From an uncultured Porphyromonadaceae bacterium (lineage in GTDB: Bacteria; Bacteroidota; Bacteroidia; Bacteroidales; Muribaculaceae): 37,463 nt of DNA. Position 1 is the first letter of the stretch, and every line of letters starts with the position of its first letter. Shown in pieces: positions 9,249 through 19,183 of the stretch. The DNA lies in contig CAMWSV010000001.1 in assembly GCA_947177015.1 (NCBI GenBank), positions 1 through 37,463 on the forward strand, given 5' to 3'. The position numbers were made by a program, and so were the translations under genes. A model generated the notes under the pieces. The model was given only the letters and a program-made list of their open reading frames with translations, was not told the origin of the DNA and did not search any database.

Positions 9249-10868
9249 TTAGTCTTTATTATCTCGGTTTACTCTTACTTGATTTTTGGAGTGACTGCTG
9301 TTGGTGTCACTCTCTTCTTTAAGGTCGATCTCACGCTTGTCTGAGTCGAGCACACGATACTGCAGGTAGGCAAGCGACTGATCTGCCATCAGTTTCATGC
9401 CGCGTCCGAAGCGACGGCGCCATTTGCCGTAGAGGCTGAACATACCCTTCTTGATATATGCCTCCACGTATGGGTGCACATACATGGTAAACTTCTTCAC
9501 TTCGAGTGTATTCACCAGATAGTCGAGTTTCTCTTCCAATTTGTCGGTAAAGAGAAGCGAGGGTTGCACCTGGCCTTTGCCAAAACAGGAAGGACACTCC
9601 TCCTCTGTGGCAACATCCAATGCCGGACGTACTCTCTGGCGAGTGATCTGCATGAGTCCGAATTTACTGAGCGGAAGGATATTGTGGCGCGCACGGTCGT
9701 TGATCATCAATTCCTTCATGTGATCGAAAAGTTTCTGTCTGTTTTCCTGACTGTTCATGTCAATGAAGTCGATCACTATGATGCCGCCCATATCGCGTAG
9801 TCTCAATTGGCGCGCGATCTCATCGGCTGCTCTCAGGTTCACTTCGAGCGCATTGCTCTCCTGATCAAATGATGCCTTGCTCCTATTGCCCGAGTTGACA
9901 TCAATCACGTGGCATGCCTCCGTATGCTCCACAATAATGTAGGCGCCGCTCTTGAAACTTACAGTCTTCCCGAAACTACTCTTGATCTGACGCGTTATGC
10001 CGAAATGATCAAAAATAGGAATATCTTTCGTGTATAATTTGACAATGTCGTTATTGTCGGGGGCTATAAGATTCACATAATTCTGAATCTGAGTGAAGGT
10101 TTCAGCCTCGTTGACGTAGATATTTTCAAATGTAGGACTGAAAATATCGCGTATCAGACTCACGGCGCGACTATCTTCCTCATAAATCAGCGACGGCGGT
10201 GTGGATCTCTGCATCTTGGCTATCGTGTCGTCCCAACACTTGAGCAGTGTTCGCATCTCATTGTTGAGTTCCGCTACACGCTTATTCTCTGCCGACGTGC
10301 GCACTATCACACCGAATCCCTTCGGCTTAATACTTCCGATCAACTGGCGCAATCTTATTTTCTCCTCTGTAGATTTAATCTTCTGCGAGATCATTATCTT
10401 CTCGGAGAATGGCATGAGCACCATGAAGCGTCCGGTAAACGACAGTTCGGTTGTAAGTCGCGGACCCTTGGATGAGATCGGTTCCTTCGCAATCTGTACC
10501 AGAAGTTTATCTCCGGGCTTCAGCAAATTCTGGATGGTGCCGGTCTTTTGAATATCCGGCAGTTTCTTGATTTTTGAAATCTGGGGCACTTTTTTCGTAT
10601 CCGCAAAACATTCGTTGAGATATTCCTGATACGTTGAAAACTGCTGCCCGAGATCGAGATAATGAAGAAAAGCGTCTTTTTCATAGCCTACATCTACAAA
10701 CGCCGCATTAAGACCCGGCATGATTTTCTTCACCTTTGCCAGATAGATATCGCCTACGGCGTATGCCTGATTGCGATTCTCTTTCTGCAATGAAACCAAG
10801 CGTGAGTCTTCAAGCAGTGCGATGGAGATCTCTTTTTCCTGTACGTCTACTACTAATTCGCTTTTCAT
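9249..10868 (-). CDS. rng: Rne/Rng family ribonuclease (RNase G/E)
   Basis: S1 region GDIYLAKVKKIMPGLNAAFVDVG, KEPISSKGPRLT, VIDVNSG, QLRLRDMGGIIVIDFIDM, CPSCFGKG. Start moved to the ATG at 10868 (MKSELVVD). Confidence 0.95.
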   Translation of the reverse strand: MKSELVVDVQEKEISIALLEDSRLVSLQKENRNQAYAVGDIYLAKVKKIMPGLNAAFVDVGYEKDAFLHYLDLGQQFSTYQEYLNECFADTKKVPQISKIKKLPDIQKTGTIQNLLKPGDKLLVQIAKEPISSKGPRLTTELSFTGRFMVLMPFSEKIMISQKIKSTEEKIRLRQLIGSIKPKGFGVIVRTSAENKRVAELNNEMRTLLKCWDDTIAKMQRSTPPSLIYEEDSRAVSLIRDIFSPTFENIYVNEAETFTQIQNYVNLIAPDNNDIVKLYTKDIPIFDHFGITRQIKSSFGKTVSFKSGAYIIVEHTEACHVIDVNSGNRSKASFDQESNALEVNLRAADEIARQLRLRDMGGIIVIDFIDMNSQENRQKLFDHMKELMINDRARHNILPLSKFGLMQITRQRVRPALDVATEEECPSCFGKGQVQPSLLFTDKLEEKLDYLVNTLEVKKFTMYVHPYVEAYIKKGMFSLYGKWRRRFGRGMKLMADQSLAYLQYRVLDSDKREIDLKEESDTNSSHSKNQVRVNRDNKD

Positions 10869-11059
10869 TTTCGTGGAATGTAAAATTAAAAAGGCAGACA
10901 ATGCCGTATGGACGCCTGTGAAGCCGCTTAAACCCATCTCTATGCATTGCCTGTCCTTTTTGAGCGTTTACGCTGATCGATATGAACTTCCTCTTATTCG
11001 CTGCCACACTTGCGCGCAAAGTAGCATCCGAGCGACGATCATACCGGTGTTCGCCATTC

Positions 11060-11149
11060 TTATTTCTTCTTATGACGATTCTTTCTCAGTCTTTTCTTAC
11101 GCTTGTGGGTAGCCATCTTGTGGCCTTTTCTTTTCTTTCCGCTGGGCAT
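11060..11149 (-). CDS. 29-aa basic protein, ribosomal protein bS22 / AURKAIP1-COX24 (mS38)-like
   Basis: Translated by hand: MPSGKKRKGHKMATHKRKKRLRKNRHKKK*. Below the ORF-track cutoff; K/R-rich KMxxHKRKKRLRKNRH pattern; AT-rich start region; located between HU and rng. Confidence 0.85.
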   Translation of the reverse strand: MPSGKKRKGHKMATHKRKKRLRKNRHKKK

Positions 11150-11295
11150 AATTGTTAAAAATTAATGTAGGGTTACTACTATGTTATTGTTAAATTTTTG
11201 ATTGTGCTGACCGGGCTATCGGGTTCAATATTCCCTTCTGCACTCTCCTCTTGTTTTATTTCGCCTCTTGCTTTGACGTTTGTAGTGAGCGTTTT

Positions 11296-11568
11296 TTACT
11301 TCACCTCGTCGAGGAACACTTTGGAGGGTTTGAATGCCGGAATCTTATGCTCCGGAATGATGATTGAAGTGTTCTTGGAAATATTACGTGCTGTCTTCTC
11401 CTTTCGGGTCTTGATGATGAAGGAGCCGAAGCCGCGAAGATATACATTATTGCCATGCGCTAATGAATCTTTCACTACTTCCATGAATTTTTCTACTGTT
11501 TCAAGCACTGCAGCCTTGTCAAGATTTGTGCTGCGGGATATTTCATTTACAATATCTGCCTTAGTCAT
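11296..11568 (-). CDS. HU/IHF family DNA-binding protein
   Basis: MTKADIV..., VYLRGFGSF, ARNISKNT, PAFKPS. Confidence 0.95.
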   Translation of the reverse strand: MTKADIVNEISRSTNLDKAAVLETVEKFMEVVKDSLAHGNNVYLRGFGSFIIKTRKEKTARNISKNTSIIIPEHKIPAFKPSKVFLDEVK

Positions 11569-11739
11569 CGTTAATAATTCGATTTGTAAGTTAACCTATT
11601 GATAATCCATAATTTGCATAACAAAAGAGCGTTTTTACGGCGCACCTTTCATTTTTTGCACTGCAAATATCGTAATTTTTTTTGAATTATACGCTATATT
11701 CTCAATATTTTCAGTAATTTTCTTTCATTTTTCCCCTTT

Positions 11740-12339
11740 TTAACTATCTGTAACTTTGATTGTAATCCCTTCCGTCTTCCCCATCCTCCCGGCAATCTCT
11801 TCCATATCCGCCTTCCTCACTTTTATACGCAGCGTTATCACATTGCCGAAGTCGCGCTCCATAACCTCTATCTCCGGTGTCTCTTTGATTATGCGCATCA
11901 CCCCATCGGCTGATATATAGGGCACTTCTATATGTAATTCCTGCATCTCATGCATCTCTTTGCGTCCAGCATCCTCCAGAGCCAGCCGAGCCGCTTCTTT
12001 ATATGCCGATATCAATCCGGAAGTACCGAGTTTTATCCCCCCGAAATACCTCACCACTATCACCAGCACATCCGTCACGTCGTGGCTGCGGATCTGTCCT
12101 AAGATAGGCTTCCCCGCTGTGCCGGAGGGTTCGCCGTTGTCGTTAAGTTGCCATTCTGTCTTTTCAGGCCCCAGCATATACGCCCAGCATACATGGCGAG
12201 AGTCACAGTATCGGTTTTGATACTCCTTGACTTTTTCTTTGGCTTCTTCGGCTGAGTTCACCTCCATGGCAAAGCCGAGGAATCGACTCATCTTTTCTGT
12301 ATATTTCCCCTCTCCGGAGTGATCTATTTTGTAATACAT
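11740..12339 (-). CDS. YigZ/IMPACT family protein
   Basis: KMSRFLG, HVCWAY, DNGEPSGTAGKPIL, VVRYFGGIKLGTSGLISAY. Confidence 0.93.
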   Translation of the reverse strand: MYYKIDHSGEGKYTEKMSRFLGFAMEVNSAEEAKEKVKEYQNRYCDSRHVCWAYMLGPEKTEWQLNDNGEPSGTAGKPILGQIRSHDVTDVLVIVVRYFGGIKLGTSGLISAYKEAARLALEDAGRKEMHEMQELHIEVPYISADGVMRIIKETPEIEVMERDFGNVITLRIKVRKADMEEIAGRMGKTEGITIKVTDS

Positions 12340-12400
12340 GGCAGGATAGGCAGGATCTTGATTTTAATCCGATCCCTACTCGGTTTTGATTTCTTGATTC

Positions 12401-12442
12401 AAAAGCCGAGGACCACTCATGCGGGCAGTCCTCGTCTTTTTT
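12401..12442. terminator. Hairpin terminator downstream of the DJ-1 gene
   Basis: AAAAGCCGAGGAC...GTCCTCGTCTTTTTT inverted repeat with T tracts readable on both strands. Confidence 0.6.
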
Positions 12443-12581
12443 CAGCATTGTGCTACTTGGAAATTTAAGTCTTTTTTATTTTCTTTAGTTGTGACGCCAG
12501 AGATTCTTTTTTCATGAAACGCTTTCTTCAATTATGATCTCTGAGACTCATTTCTCAGTTATGGATTCTGAGACTCGCCTG

Positions 12582-13169
12582 TCAGCCGAAGTTATAGTCA
12601 TTGGGTGATTCTCTGTAATAGAGCATTCCGCTTCCCACTTCCCCTGCGATATGCACTCCCAATGCTTCTCTTACTATCACCAAGGCGAATTCAAGTGAGT
12701 TTGCCGGTCCATTACCGGTGATGATGTTGCCGTCTATCACAACTTTCAGGTCAGGACGCGCATGGGCTCCGCGCATCTTATCTTCAAATCCGGGATAGCA
12801 GGTGGCTTCTTTCCCTTCAAGGAGTCCCAACCGACCCAACACTACTGCGGGCGATGCGCAGATAGCGGCTATCTTTCCGTCGGCTGATTTGGCCTGACGT
12901 TCGAGCAGCCCTTGCAGCGGGGCGAAGTCATAGAGATTGTCTGCACCCGGGAGGCCGCCCGGCAGGATTAGCCATAGTGGTTCGTCAAAGAGGGTATTGT
13001 CATACAATACGTCGGCGGCTACAGTGATTCCGTGCGCTCCCGTCACTTGCAACGAACTCGTGATTGATACTGTCTTCACAGGCAGCCCGGCGCGGCGAAG
13101 TACATCCACCACCGTCAAGGCTTCTATCTCCTCAAAGCCGGCTGCTAAAAACACAAATGATGTCTTCAT
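12582..13169 (-). CDS. DJ-1/PfpI family protein (YajL/ThiJ-like)
   Basis: GFEEIEA, ILPGGLPGA, AAICASP (nucleophile Cys), ITGNGP. Confidence 0.93.
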   Translation of the reverse strand: MKTSFVFLAAGFEEIEALTVVDVLRRAGLPVKTVSITSSLQVTGAHGITVAADVLYDNTLFDEPLWLILPGGLPGADNLYDFAPLQGLLERQAKSADGKIAAICASPAVVLGRLGLLEGKEATCYPGFEDKMRGAHARPDLKVVIDGNIITGNGPANSLEFALVIVREALGVHIAGEVGSGMLYYRESPNDYNFG

Positions 13170-13326
13170 AACTAAATCGTATTTTTTGAAATATTTACTT
13201 TTTTGTAATATATAAATGTATAATTGAGTGATGTGTATCCGTTAACTTTTCTATTTCGGAATTTTTCCAAGTATTTACCAACCGGCATATCCGATTTTTT
13301 ACTCATTTTTTATTCTTCCTCGTATG

Positions 13327-13363
13327 CAAATATAGTAATTTTATTTGAATTTTACTAAATTTG
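13327..13363. promoter_or_regulatory. Divergent -7 promoter boxes for DJ-1 (minus) and rmuC (plus)
   Basis: TATATTTG on minus (13327-13334) and TAAATTTG on plus (13356-13363). Confidence 0.55.
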
Positions 13364-13463
13364 TAGATACTTTCTGACTTATATCACCATTTATTAAGTC
13401 TGTTCTTATCGCACATTGTAGTTTTTTATCACCATATTTTAATATCTCAATTCTGGCAATATT

Positions 13464-14771
13464 ATGGTTGTAGCAACCCTTATCATAGCCCTCTGCATAA
13501 CGTTAGGGGCGTTAATCTTCACAATTCTGAAACTTCTTCGCAGTTCCGAAAGCAACCGGATCACGAATCAGGACATATCGGGCATCTCCGAAAATCTATA
13601 TAGGCGAATCCTTGAGCAGCAGCGTATCGAGGCCGAACAGCAGCGTCGGAGTTTCGAAGAGTCTTCGGCAAAGATTCTTGCCGAGACGCGTCGGCAGTAT
13701 GAATTGCAGATAGAGCGACTCGAAGATCGTCTGCGTCGGCAGGCAGAGGATCTGCGCACCACTGCCGCCATGCAGTTCGAATCGCTATCTGCCGCCGCTC
13801 TCGAACGCCAGTCTGACCGTCTGGCTGAAGAGAGCCGCCATGAGTTGATGACTCTATTGAATCCGCTACGCGAAAATTTAGGTGAATTCCGTAAAGCCGT
13901 CAACGCATCTTATATGGAGGAGAATGCCTCGCGTGAGGCGCTCAACCGCCAGATAGACTCCCTAATCTCCGCTAATCGCCAGATAGGTATCGAAACGCGA
14001 CGCCTCTCGGAGGCTCTGCATGGGAATACACGCCTGCAAGGTCTCTGGGGCGAACAGATTCTGGAATCTCTTATGGAGAAGGCAGGATTTATCCCTGATA
14101 TACATTTCGTGACTCAAGCCACTAAAGATGAGGGCTCCGCTATCAAAAATGACGAGGGCAAGGCTCAGCGCCCGGATATGATTTTCTTCCTCCCGGATAA
14201 TAGAAAGATTGTGATCGACGCCAAGACTTCAATGACTTCCTATCTCGATTATTGCGAGGCTGATTGCCGCGAAGATGAAATCGACGCATTGCGCAAACAT
14301 GCCGATTCAGTAAAACGACACATAGATGAACTCGCCCATGCCCAGTATCATAAGAATATTAAGGGTGCCCTTGAACACACCCTTATGTTTATGCCTAATG
14401 ACGGCGCCTATCTGGCTGCAATAAGGGCAGACAAGGAGATCGCTGATTACGCAATGAAGCATAATGTAGTGATCGTCTCGCCCGCCCATATATTCTCTAT
14501 CATAAGTCTGGTGAGTCAGTTATGGCGTATCGATAAGCAGAATAAAAATGCTGAGGAGATTGCCCGTCTCGGTGGCGGCCTCTATGACAAGATGGCCACC
14601 TTCCTGACAGATTTCGAGACGATAGGCAAACATATCGATAACACACACCGCGCTTTCGAAAAATCCAGGAGTCACCTGCACGGTTCCCCAACATCCATCG
14701 CCTCTCGCGCCCGCAAACTTCAGGAATTAGGAGCCCGCACCTCTCGTAAACCTATCAGCGAGTCAGTTTAG
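13464..14771 (+). CDS. rmuC: DNA recombination protein RmuC
   Basis: N-terminal TM anchor, long coiled coil, QGLWGEQILE, RPDMIFFLPDNRKIVIDAKT (PD-(D/E)xK), LMFMPND. Confidence 0.93.
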   Translation: MVVATLIIALCITLGALIFTILKLLRSSESNRITNQDISGISENLYRRILEQQRIEAEQQRRSFEESSAKILAETRRQYELQIERLEDRLRRQAEDLRTTAAMQFESLSAAALERQSDRLAEESRHELMTLLNPLRENLGEFRKAVNASYMEENASREALNRQIDSLISANRQIGIETRRLSEALHGNTRLQGLWGEQILESLMEKAGFIPDIHFVTQATKDEGSAIKNDEGKAQRPDMIFFLPDNRKIVIDAKTSMTSYLDYCEADCREDEIDALRKHADSVKRHIDELAHAQYHKNIKGALEHTLMFMPNDGAYLAAIRADKEIADYAMKHNVVIVSPAHIFSIISLVSQLWRIDKQNKNAEEIARLGGGLYDKMATFLTDFETIGKHIDNTHRAFEKSRSHLHGSPTSIASRARKLQELGARTSRKPISESV

Positions 14772-17181
14772 GAGCAAGCACGAACATTCCGAAAGTGATA
14801 CCGAAATTCCAGTTGCCCGAGGGTGAACTGAGGTAGTTGCCATATAACGATAAGGATGCGAAGGGGAAGTTATACACAGCCGCTATCTCACCGATAAATT
14901 CAGGCCGATTCGCCCATCCTGTATGCCGTGCACCTCCTGAAGCATGATCCAATCCGATATTGCGGAGCGGTAGGAATCCGTAGAATTCACCTCTCACCTG
15001 GAATTTAGACGCAGGATTCCATACGGGCATCAATCCGGCAGCCACATAGTTATCAGCCTTATACGATGGATTGAAGTAGTTGGCTGTTGAGGGGGTCGGC
15101 GCAAACGAGGGCGCCATCACCAGGGCTGCCGTATAAGGTCCCTGCAGCGGCCCGCCGGTCAGTAATCCTTCGGCATACCCCCCGAGATAGAAGTTATTGT
15201 GAAGTTTACCATATTCGCGCCATTTCACCTCTATCTGCGGACGATACTGACGGCGATATTTGATCATCTTATTTCCATCAATACCGTTTCTGAATTCAGG
15301 GAGTCGCCATTCACCTGACGCCGATACCCTCAGTTCACGCCCCGTCATGGGATACATCTGATTATTTAGTGTATTGTATTCCCAGATAAGTTTCAGCACC
15401 GAATGTTTGGTCTTGAACATATCGCGCTTGTCGACCTTATAGTCTACGTCCGCATCCGGATAAAATTTATCTGAACGCTCGCCATAGCCCAACTCGGCCT
15501 TTGCCACAGATTTCCTACCCGTGGCGAGGGAGTAGATAACATTTACAAAGCGGCGGTCTTCGGTGATGAAGGTAGGATAGTTTATTTGATAGAATTTCAA
15601 CTGACTGTCGTAAAATTTCTGACGGCTCATCACTGCTTCGAGTTGCAGCGAGGCAGGAAGCCGGCTATGGATAGTGAATTTGCCACTCAACATGCCGGCA
15701 TAATAACTCTGACCGATCCATCCGCCGAGGTCCACATCGAGTGAGTTGTAACTCAGCGTATGATAGCCGAAATCGAGATATAGCATGGATTGAGTGTCGG
15801 TAGTGATCCAGCCACCTACACCTATATTCCAGGGATTCTTGATCTCCGGCTGCAACACAAGGATATTATTGCTTCTCACCCGATCGGCACTATCCTTCAC
15901 AACACCCAATCTGGGCACGAGCATCAGATTGCTAAGTTTGCCTCCGCTCACAGCGCGATAATAGGCGTCCTGGGTCTGCTCCATTCCGAAAGGAACACCG
16001 GGAAATCCTTTGTCGAAAAGAAATTTCAGGAAGCGACGTTGCGAGGGGGTGCCGTTGCTCACCTCTATCTGATTGAACTCAATCTCGGGGGTGGCAGCCG
16101 CGAATTGCGCTCTGCGGGCGGTGACCTCTTCGAATGATCTGCGCGCCGGCGTACGACTCTTGATTGAGTCCACCATAGCCAACCCCGTCTTATACCCTAT
16201 ATCATAAATCACATCTGCCTGCCCGAAGTCGAGCACTCCGAAATTAAGTACCGGACACTGTATCTTGATACCGTTCTCCGATGGCACCGTATAGTCGTTA
16301 TTCTGGATAATCATATCTTCCAACTGCGACATTATATTGCCGCGCTCCGGCTTACCATCAGGTCCGGACACCGACACGCCGATGATGAAGTCAGGGTTAA
16401 AATCCTCCTGCATTACATCTACCGGGAAGTTATCATAGATACCCCCGTCATAGACCAGCACTCCGTCCACCTCGATCGGACGGAACACCAACGGGAAACT
16501 CATCGAGGCACGCACCGCTCGCCCGAGAAGTCCGTTGCGCATCACAATCTTATGTTTATGATATACGTCACTTGTGACGCATCTGAACGGCACCATCAAT
16601 CTGTCGAAGTCCATCTCACATTGCGATGAATATTTCGTGAATAGTTTCAGAAATTCCATATTCATCGGGATAGGATTGATAAGAGAGGTGGGTATCAACT
16701 GCCCGGCAATATTATTATTGACGCTGTCGCGGAAACTGAGGTTAATATTTGCCCATGAGGGGGAAGGCGCTTTTTGAGAGAAGTAGTAAGATAAGTCGGG
16801 ATCTATCGTACCTGTTGCGCAATCCTGAAATATCGGAGATTTTATAAGTTCCATCATCTGCTCCGGTGAGTAGCCGCATACGTACAGACTGCCTACTACG
16901 GCTCCCATCGAAGTGCCCGCAAGGCAGTCGATAGCGATATTATTCTCCTCCAATGCCTTGATTACTCCTATGTGGGCTATCCCTTTGGCTCCGCCGCCGC
17001 TCAGTACAAGTCCCACCTTATAGTGGTGTGAGGTATCCTTCTCCGCCACGTCGGGCACCTTCATCAATGAATCTGCCGGAAGTGCCCGCTCAGTTGCCGA
17101 TGCCGTAAGGCCCGACACAAAAGTTGGCAGACATGCCAATGCAATGCCTGCCAACTTCTTAATATTTTTGCCTTTTATCAT
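14755..17181 (-). CDS. Patatin-like phospholipase with probable C-terminal outer-membrane beta-barrel (PlpD-like architecture)
   Basis: Signal peptide; SGGGAKG, GTSMG, DGG patatin motifs; amphipathic beta-strand-rich C-terminal half. Overlaps the rmuC stop by 17 bp. Confidence 0.88.
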   Translation of the reverse strand: MIKGKNIKKLAGIALACLPTFVSGLTASATERALPADSLMKVPDVAEKDTSHHYKVGLVLSGGGAKGIAHIGVIKALEENNIAIDCLAGTSMGAVVGSLYVCGYSPEQMMELIKSPIFQDCATGTIDPDLSYYFSQKAPSPSWANINLSFRDSVNNNIAGQLIPTSLINPIPMNMEFLKLFTKYSSQCEMDFDRLMVPFRCVTSDVYHKHKIVMRNGLLGRAVRASMSFPLVFRPIEVDGVLVYDGGIYDNFPVDVMQEDFNPDFIIGVSVSGPDGKPERGNIMSQLEDMIIQNNDYTVPSENGIKIQCPVLNFGVLDFGQADVIYDIGYKTGLAMVDSIKSRTPARRSFEEVTARRAQFAAATPEIEFNQIEVSNGTPSQRRFLKFLFDKGFPGVPFGMEQTQDAYYRAVSGGKLSNLMLVPRLGVVKDSADRVRSNNILVLQPEIKNPWNIGVGGWITTDTQSMLYLDFGYHTLSYNSLDVDLGGWIGQSYYAGMLSGKFTIHSRLPASLQLEAVMSRQKFYDSQLKFYQINYPTFITEDRRFVNVIYSLATGRKSVAKAELGYGERSDKFYPDADVDYKVDKRDMFKTKHSVLKLIWEYNTLNNQMYPMTGRELRVSASGEWRLPEFRNGIDGNKMIKYRRQYRPQIEVKWREYGKLHNNFYLGGYAEGLLTGGPLQGPYTAALVMAPSFAPTPSTANYFNPSYKADNYVAAGLMPVWNPASKFQVRGEFYGFLPLRNIGLDHASGGARHTGWANRPEFIGEIAAVYNFPFASLSLYGNYLSSPSGNWNFGITFGMFVLAPKLTR

Positions 17182-17222
17182 GCTATTTTACATTAGGCGC
17201 GTTTTCGCATTTAAATGCTACA

Positions 17223-19088
17223 TTATTTCTGTTCGGCAGCGATCAAGGCGATCTTCTCTTTGATTTCCTTGATGTCCGCTTCGATTCTCTTCATCTTGCG
17301 CTCCATGTCCTTAACCATAGAGTTGCCCTGAGATGATTTGATATTGAAGAAGCCGAGGTTGTTGTTGTATGTCTTAAGTTCCTGTTCCTTGGCTTCGAGC
17401 ACACGCATCAGTCTCTCACGCTCCGAACGCAGTTTGCGGTTATCCCCTTTCATTGTGTCGAGATGAGCGTCGAAGTTCTGCCGACGTTCCTGATCGCGGC
17501 CGGCTGAGAATGCGGCGTAAAGAGCATCGCACGCTTCGCGATATTCGGCATAGATCTTATCTTTTACCTTGAAGGGTACGTGGCCGGTCTCCGTCCATTG
17601 TTTCTGAAGCGCCTTTACCTGCTTCAGTCCCTCGCGGCGGTCAATGTCGTGGGGAATCTCTTTTAATGCCTTGATGATATCGCGCTTAGCCTGAAGATTA
17701 CCGTTTTCTACGTTATGGCGTTCGTTGGCTATCTTCTTGCGGCGGTCAAATACTTCGCGGCATGCCTTAGTGAAGCGTTCCCATACGGCATCACTCAACT
17801 TACGGGGCACTGCGCCTATCTCCTTCCATGCAGCCTGTAGGCGAATCACTTCATCAAGACTTGATTTGGTTTCTTCGGAATCGCGAAGTGCTTCTGCTTT
17901 CTCACACAATGCGAGTTTCTTTTCGTAGTTGCTCTGCATGTTCTCCTTGACGCCGCTCACGAATTTTGCCTTCGCCTCAAAGAAGTTATCGCAAGCCTTA
18001 CGGAAACGGGCGAAGATCTCATTATTGAGTTTACGCGATGCGAATCCGATCGTACGCCATTTCGCCTGAATCTCTTTCACCTTTTCGGTGGCCTCATCCC
18101 ATGCGGGGAAGGTAGTGAGGGCTGCTGTGTCGATACCCTCCACTTCTTCGCAGAGTGCGGTCTTGGCATCGCCGTTACGCTGCTCTTCCTCCTTACGGCT
18201 GTCGAAGAATTCCTGATGTTTGCGGTGGATGATAGCAGAGGCTTCTTTAAACTCTTCCCATACTGAGTCGCGAAGTTCCTTTACAACCGGTCCGATTTCG
18301 CGCCATTCAGCGTGCAGACGTTGCAATTTGCGTGATGCCTCCACAATCATCTCCTCCTGCTGGAGCGCTATCGCCTCGGCAATCAGTCGGCGTTTAGCCT
18401 CAAGATTCTTCTTGAAGTCGAGGTCGCGCAATTCTTTATTGATTTTCAAGGCATCATAAAAGCCTTCGCTTACGCTCTGGAATTCTCTCCATATTTCGCT
18501 CTCTCCGGAGGGGGTCACTTCCCTAATATCGCGGAAGGTCTTCTGGAGTTCCTGAAAACGCTGGAAGTGCTGATTCACGTTGTCGGGGTCTTCCACGATC
18601 TTACGCATCTCAGCGATTATCTCTTTCTTCTTATTCAGATTCTCTCTGAGGCGTGCCTCTTCCGCTTCAAGATGGCGATTGCGTATTTCGCGGAATGTGG
18701 CTATCAATTCCTTACCTTCGTTTTCCAGATCATCGGGTGTGGCGGAAAAGTCGGCGGGATTGTTGCCTGCCTCTACAAACACATTGAGTTCTTCATTTAT
18801 CTCTCGCTGGCGGAGTGCGAAAAGAGCCTGCTTGATTGCCACAACCTCTTTATGGGCGTTCACCTCAGCGGATTCAACTATTCTGCGGAGTTCATTTACG
18901 AGTTCCTCTTTCGAAAGTGAATGAACATTCTTGTCGGAGGCAGTTGCCACTGCCTCCTCTGCTGCTGAGGCGGGTTCGCTTACTTCGCTCACAATCTCTT
19001 CTGACTGTGCTGTTACATTAGCCTCGGGGGCTACTGATTGAGGGACGGAAGTCTCTTCTATTGGAGACTTCTTTTCAGAGTCTGTCAT
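17223..19088 (-). CDS. DUF349 domain helical-repeat protein
   Basis: Repeated units such as WREIGPV, WRTIGFA, WKEIGAVP, WTETGHVP, each followed by W/F..F..AC..F; highly charged helical composition. Confidence 0.88.
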   Translation of the reverse strand: MTDSEKKSPIEETSVPQSVAPEANVTAQSEEIVSEVSEPASAAEEAVATASDKNVHSLSKEELVNELRRIVESAEVNAHKEVVAIKQALFALRQREINEELNVFVEAGNNPADFSATPDDLENEGKELIATFREIRNRHLEAEEARLRENLNKKKEIIAEMRKIVEDPDNVNQHFQRFQELQKTFRDIREVTPSGESEIWREFQSVSEGFYDALKINKELRDLDFKKNLEAKRRLIAEAIALQQEEMIVEASRKLQRLHAEWREIGPVVKELRDSVWEEFKEASAIIHRKHQEFFDSRKEEEQRNGDAKTALCEEVEGIDTAALTTFPAWDEATEKVKEIQAKWRTIGFASRKLNNEIFARFRKACDNFFEAKAKFVSGVKENMQSNYEKKLALCEKAEALRDSEETKSSLDEVIRLQAAWKEIGAVPRKLSDAVWERFTKACREVFDRRKKIANERHNVENGNLQAKRDIIKALKEIPHDIDRREGLKQVKALQKQWTETGHVPFKVKDKIYAEYREACDALYAAFSAGRDQERRQNFDAHLDTMKGDNRKLRSERERLMRVLEAKEQELKTYNNNLGFFNIKSSQGNSMVKDMERKMKRIEADIKEIKEKIALIAAEQK

Positions 19089-19183
19089 AACGACTTGTTG
19101 TTAACTTGTAGTTAATAAGAAGTTTATTTCGCAAGTTCGCTTCCTGAAGGCTTATCGTCGCCTTGAAAACTTACTCACCGCTA

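Noticed and set aside
11198-11602. 134-aa plus-strand ORF
   Set aside because: Antisense shadow of the HU gene.
12532-12576. Short direct repeat TTATG..CTGAGACTC x2 after the DJ-1 stop
   Set aside because: Only two short imperfect copies; likely local duplication with no evidence of function.
14755-14771. Convergent 17-bp overlap of rmuC and patatin
   Set aside because: Short 3' overlaps are common and both genes appear intact.
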